Positions 60,251 through 64,000 of a stretch of DNA of 64,000 bases are shown here, piece by piece. Origin of the DNA: an uncultured Chitinophaga sp. (GTDB lineage Bacteria > Bacteroidota > Bacteroidia > Chitinophagales > Chitinophagaceae); contig CAZNUR010000003.1 in NCBI GenBank assembly GCA_964576375.1, positions 3,532-67,531 of the forward strand. The letters are read 5' to 3'. Both the position numbers and the translations under genes were made by a program. Position 1 is the stretch's first letter; each line of letters starts with the position of its first letter. Below the pieces are notes generated by a model. It made no database searches. It was not told the DNA's origin and saw nothing but the letters and a program-made list of their open reading frames with translations.

Positions 60251-60282
60251 ATTGACTATGATTTTTTTTTAGAAACCAGTTC

Positions 60283-60308
60283 GGGTTACTATTTTTAAAA
60301 TTCCGTAT
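60283..60308 (+). promoter_or_regulatory. Candidate autoregulatory ECF promoter GGGTTAC-N15-GTAT facing the sigma gene
   Basis: GGGTTAC tatttttaaaattcc GTAT, ending 16 nt before the GTG start. Confidence 0.6.
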
Positions 60309-60324
60309 TAAACAATCGAGGATA

Positions 60325-60900
60325 GTGAATAGCGAACTTCAGGAGGTTGGACTTTTAAAGGGTTTGGCAGCAGGCGACCGAAAAATCATAGAAGGGATCT
60401 ACAAAGACCACTTTAATATGATACAGTCACTGATTGTCAATAACAATGGCTCTTCAGATGATGCCCGGGACATTTTTCAAGAAGCCATGGTTGTGCTTTA
60501 TGAAAAGGTCAGAACAGGTTCATTTGAACTGAATTGCCAGTTAAAAACCTACCTCTATTCTGTGAGTAAACGATTGTGGTTAAAGCGATTACAACAAAAT
60601 AATCGACTTTTTACTCAAGAGATAGATCTTGAAACCACCGTGCCGGTTGACGAGGAAATTGCTATTCACGAGAAAAGAGATGCGGAATTTGAATTAATGA
60701 GTCAGGCCATCCAACGTCTGGGAGAACCATGCAAAAGTCTTTTGGAAGCCTACTATTTAAGAAAAATGAACATGCAAGACATTGCGCTTCAATTTGGCTA
60801 CACCAATTCGGATAATGCAAAAAACCAGAAGTATAAATGTCTGATGCGGTTAAAAAAACTTTTTTTCTCTGAATATAAAAACAGCAATACCCATGGATGA
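60325..60900 (+). CDS. ECF-type RNA polymerase sigma factor (GTG start)
   Basis: Region 2 DARDIFQEA...LKTYLYSV; region 4 HTH MQDIALQFGY...AKNQKYKCL. Confidence 0.93.
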   Translation: MNSELQEVGLLKGLAAGDRKIIEGIYKDHFNMIQSLIVNNNGSSDDARDIFQEAMVVLYEKVRTGSFELNCQLKTYLYSVSKRLWLKRLQQNNRLFTQEIDLETTVPVDEEIAIHEKRDAEFELMSQAIQRLGEPCKSLLEAYYLRKMNMQDIALQFGYTNSDNAKNQKYKCLMRLKKLFFSEYKNSNTHG

Positions 60901-61996
60901 TTTGAGGCTATTGGATGCAGTTGAAAGATATATCAAGGGTGAAATGCACCCAGACGAACGCGTGCAGTTTGAACAGTTGCGCAAAACCAATGCAGAAGTA
61001 GACCAACTAGTTGTTGAACATACTTTTTTCCTTCAAAAAATGAATCGCTTTGGAGAATGGAAACGATTCAAATCACTTCTCAATGAAATACATGTTGACC
61101 TAGCCGAGCAAGGACAAATCAATTCAGCTCGCTTACAAGGGAAAGCAAAAGTTATCTACCTCTGGAATAGATATAAGAGAGTGAGTGCCATTGCTGCTTC
61201 GATTGCCGTAATCACCACCCTGGTAATTTCCTCATTGGTTTGGATTATTGCGCCAGCATCTCCACGCTCGCAATTCGAAGAGCTAAATAAAAAGTTTAGC
61301 CAGCTAGAGGACAAGACAAGAAAACAAGCCAAAGAAATTGATCGAATAAAAAATAAAGCCACTTCTGTACCACAGGATATCCCATTCACTACTGGAGGTA
61401 CCGGTTTTATTATTGATGCGCGCGGCTATCTGGTGACCAATGCACACGTGGTGGAAGACGCAAAACAAATTGCCATTCAAAATAATCGTGGAGAGTATCT
61501 TGTTAATGTAGTTTTTCAAGATGTAGAAAGGGATATAGCTATATTAAAAATTGAGGACGAAAACTTCAAACCATATACCAGCCTTCCCTATGGACTCAGC
61601 AAGCAAACTGCAAAAATAGCCGAGCCTATTTTTACGTTAGGTTATCCCAGAAACGAAGTAGTATATAGCCAAGGTTACTTGAGCGCAAGAACTGGATTCA
61701 ATGGTGATACACTCAGCTGCCAAATAGAAATTAATGCCAACCGTGGTAACAGCGGAAGTCCTATTCTAAATAGAAAAGGCGAAGTCATTGGAATTCTGAA
61801 TGGGCGTCAAACCAACACCCAAGGTTTTGCCTTTGCCGTACAAAGCAAATACATCTTTGATGTGATTGAAACATTGAGAAAAGAAAAAGATAGCCCTACC
61901 ATCCGCATACCATCCCGTTCGTTATTAAATGGACTTGACCGTACTGAGCAAGTTCGAAAAGTACAAGACTACGTTTACATGGTAAAGGTGAACTAA
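60893..61996 (+). CDS. Membrane-anchored trypsin-like (S1C) serine protease with anti-sigma-like N-terminus
   Basis: ERYIKGEMHPDERVQFE anti-sigma-like helix, one TM segment, coiled coil, GTGF / TNAHVV / DIAILK / GNSGSP triad, no PDZ domain; 8-nt overlap with the sigma gene. Confidence 0.85.
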   Translation: MDDLRLLDAVERYIKGEMHPDERVQFEQLRKTNAEVDQLVVEHTFFLQKMNRFGEWKRFKSLLNEIHVDLAEQGQINSARLQGKAKVIYLWNRYKRVSAIAASIAVITTLVISSLVWIIAPASPRSQFEELNKKFSQLEDKTRKQAKEIDRIKNKATSVPQDIPFTTGGTGFIIDARGYLVTNAHVVEDAKQIAIQNNRGEYLVNVVFQDVERDIAILKIEDENFKPYTSLPYGLSKQTAKIAEPIFTLGYPRNEVVYSQGYLSARTGFNGDTLSCQIEINANRGNSGSPILNRKGEVIGILNGRQTNTQGFAFAVQSKYIFDVIETLRKEKDSPTIRIPSRSLLNGLDRTEQVRKVQDYVYMVKVN

Positions 61997-62889
61997 TTCC
62001 AAAGTTTATTCGGATACTCTCCTGCAGTAATTAAACGCTCAAGACTTTCCTGAACAAATGGAGCATCCTCTTTGTAGGTAACCCCGAACCAAGAGGACTG
62101 TGTGGGTACAATTTTTACCTTACCTCCCTGCTGTATAAACTGATCGGCAACCAACGGAATAAAAAACTCCGATTTCAATTCCTGTCCAGCATGCTGTAAA
62201 AAGCTTGCAAACTGGGTTGCGGTTATATCAAAAAATGTAGTAGCAAAGCACCAAAAGTTCATGGATACTTTTGTGTCTTCCCCAAGCGTGTCTGGAATTA
62301 AACCGTCTTGACAGGTAATAACGCCATTTACACGAGCTATATTGATACGCTCCGTTATGCTGGCTAAATCACCTGCATTATTTAACTGACATACTCCTCG
62401 GTTGACCGTGCCATGCTCAGAAAGCGTAGCAGTAAGATCATACCCCACAATTCCATAAGTATGTTCATTACAATCAACCTGCAAAAAACGAACAGCTTGC
62501 TCAAAGGCATTGCGACCATAGAAATCATCAGCATTAATTACTGCAAATGGCTCTTTCACCACATCTCTGGCACAAAGAACTGCATGGGCTGTGCCCCAAG
62601 GCTTAGAGCGATCAGCAGGGAATATATAGCCTTGTGTAAACGAATCCAATTCTTGAAACACATATTCCGTTTTGATCAAGCCCTTTAACTTAGGCTCAAA
62701 TATGGATTGAAACTGCGAAGCATACTGGGCACGAATAATGAATACTACTTTTCCAAAACCAGCTCGGATAGCATCAAAGATTGAGTAATCCATAATGGTT
62801 TCACCAGCAGGACCAAAAGACTGGACCTGTTTCATACTTCCATAGCGGGAGGCCATGCCTGCAGCAAGGATTACCAAGGTTGGTTTCAT
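61993..62889 (-). CDS. Sugar-phosphate nucleotidyltransferase family protein
   Basis: LAAGMASRYG, KPWGTAHA, INADDFYG; TAATTTTG box at 62908-62915. Confidence 0.9.
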   Translation of the reverse strand: MKPTLVILAAGMASRYGSMKQVQSFGPAGETIMDYSIFDAIRAGFGKVVFIIRAQYASQFQSIFEPKLKGLIKTEYVFQELDSFTQGYIFPADRSKPWGTAHAVLCARDVVKEPFAVINADDFYGRNAFEQAVRFLQVDCNEHTYGIVGYDLTATLSEHGTVNRGVCQLNNAGDLASITERINIARVNGVITCQDGLIPDTLGEDTKVSMNFWCFATTFFDITATQFASFLQHAGQELKSEFFIPLVADQFIQQGGKVKIVPTQSSWFGVTYKEDAPFVQESLERLITAGEYPNKLWN

Positions 62890-62937
62890 AGGGTAGATTT
62901 AGCGCGGCAAAATTACACGTATTTTCGGCAATACCCC

Positions 62938-63837
62938 ATGCAGTTCTATAACGCTGATTTTATCACAATTGATCCAGTTATTCGCCCGATCTTCAAAGAG
63001 AAAGATATAATGGCGTACGTACTGAGGCTGGATAAATGCGATCCGGTAGTATCAGGAAACAAATGGTTTAAACTTCGCTTTTACCTCGATGAGGCTTTAA
63101 AAACAAATAAAAAGACGATAGTAACCTACGGAGGTCCTTGGTCTAACCATCTAGTTGCCGCTGCCGCGGCTTGCAAAAAAATGGGGTTAAAATCGGTGGG
63201 GTATGTGAGGGGGGAAAAACCTGCAGCGCTTTCTCATACATTGAAATCAGCTTTGACGTTTGGAATGGAATTACAATTTCTTTCCAGAGATGCATATGCA
63301 ACCCAAAGAAGGGAGGTAGAGACCCAAACCACAAACTATGTCATTCCAGAGGGAGGATACGGCATACTGGGAGCAAAAGGAGCTTCAACCATTACCAACT
63401 TATTTAACGAAGAGGACTTTACACATGTACTTGCAGCAGTAGGGACCGGCACGATGTTAGCCGGATTAGCGCATTCACTAAAAAATACTGCACTGCTCGG
63501 AATACCTGTAGTAAAAGGAAAGGAAGCGCTGGAAAAAGAAGTACGCAGTTTGTTAACGGAGGACTCATGCCCTTGGAGCATGTTAGAGGGCTTTGAGTGG
63601 GGCGGTTATGCAAAACACCCTACCCAATTATTGGAATATATGAACCAGCTTTTTGATTCCACAAAAATACCAACAGACATCGTTTACACTTCTAAACTGT
63701 TCTATGCCGTGGAGCAACTTGCAGCAAATAATTTTTTCAAAAAAGGAAGCCGGTTATTACTGATCCACAGCGGAGGCTTACAAGGAAATGAATCACTTGA
63801 AAAAGGAACCTTATGCTTTTCCAATGGAGTTGGGTGA
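62938..63837 (+). CDS. PLP enzyme of the D-cysteine desulfhydrase / ACC deaminase family
   Basis: SGNKWFKL, GGPWSNH, IPEGG, VGTG, VYTSK, IHSGGLQG. Confidence 0.88.
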   Translation: MQFYNADFITIDPVIRPIFKEKDIMAYVLRLDKCDPVVSGNKWFKLRFYLDEALKTNKKTIVTYGGPWSNHLVAAAAACKKMGLKSVGYVRGEKPAALSHTLKSALTFGMELQFLSRDAYATQRREVETQTTNYVIPEGGYGILGAKGASTITNLFNEEDFTHVLAAVGTGTMLAGLAHSLKNTALLGIPVVKGKEALEKEVRSLLTEDSCPWSMLEGFEWGGYAKHPTQLLEYMNQLFDSTKIPTDIVYTSKLFYAVEQLAANNFFKKGSRLLLIHSGGLQGNESLEKGTLCFSNGVG

Positions 63838-63863
63838 GCACTATCTTTGTAATTGTATCTATC

Positions 63864-64000
63864 ATGACTGCAATTCGCCAACTTATTGTTTTCTTATTAC
63901 CGGCATGGCTTCTACCTGGCTTATTCCTCAACATTAATGCACAGGACACACTTCCTCAATTCAGCGTAAAGGATATTGGGGGTAACCGCTATGTAATTAG
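63864..64000 (+). CDS. Exported hypothetical protein (3' truncated)
   Basis: MTAIRQLIVFLLPAWLLPGLFLNINA-QDTLPQFSV, open to the window end; TATCTTTG box at 63842-63849. Confidence 0.7.
   Translation, partial: MTAIRQLIVFLLPAWLLPGLFLNINAQDTLPQFSVKDIGGNRYVI

Noticed and set aside
59947-60255. Plus-strand ORFs 59947-60255 and 59993-60208
   Set aside because: Antisense shadows of the repeat lipoprotein, which has the lipobox, leader and terminator
62938-63837. True ACC deaminase (acdS)
   Set aside because: Has VYTSK and IHSGG instead of the Glu (YEGK) and Leu (HLGG) diagnostic of AcdS
1-64000. Numerous 60-165 aa ORFs antisense to or nested within housekeeping genes; rRNA, tRNA, IS or prophage elements
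   Set aside because: The shadow ORFs lack motifs and arise from codon bias; I saw no RNA-gene, transposase, integrase or phage signatures

Overview
A gene-dense housekeeping window from a Bacteroidota chromosome, most likely Chitinophagaceae-like (inferred from TAnnTTTG promoter boxes, A-rich starts without Shine-Dalgarno sites, and protein sequence style). It contains fusA, the S10-spc ribosomal protein cluster through secY-map, rpsA, a shikimate operon, split pntAB, thyA-folA, ftsK-lolA, exbBD, two photolyases and assorted metabolic genes. I found no rRNA, tRNA, CRISPR array or mobile element. Best candidate for an undescribed system (60004-61996): an ECF sigma factor coupled to an anti-sigma-like membrane protein whose exported part is a complete trypsin-like serine protease. 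Divergent from it is an unannotated 59-aa lipoprotein with five D-T-T O-glycosylation sequons, and each side carries its own copy of the motif GGGTTAC-N15-GTAT. Other notable items: a 260-nt highly structured rpsJ-rplC spacer, an FeS-less (6-4) photolyase paired with a domain-inverted photolyase, a zincin/beta-propeller/Omp85 fusion protein, apparently leaderless genes, and breaks in the str and alpha ribosomal operons. All calls come from reading motifs by eye; no database searches or folding programs were run.
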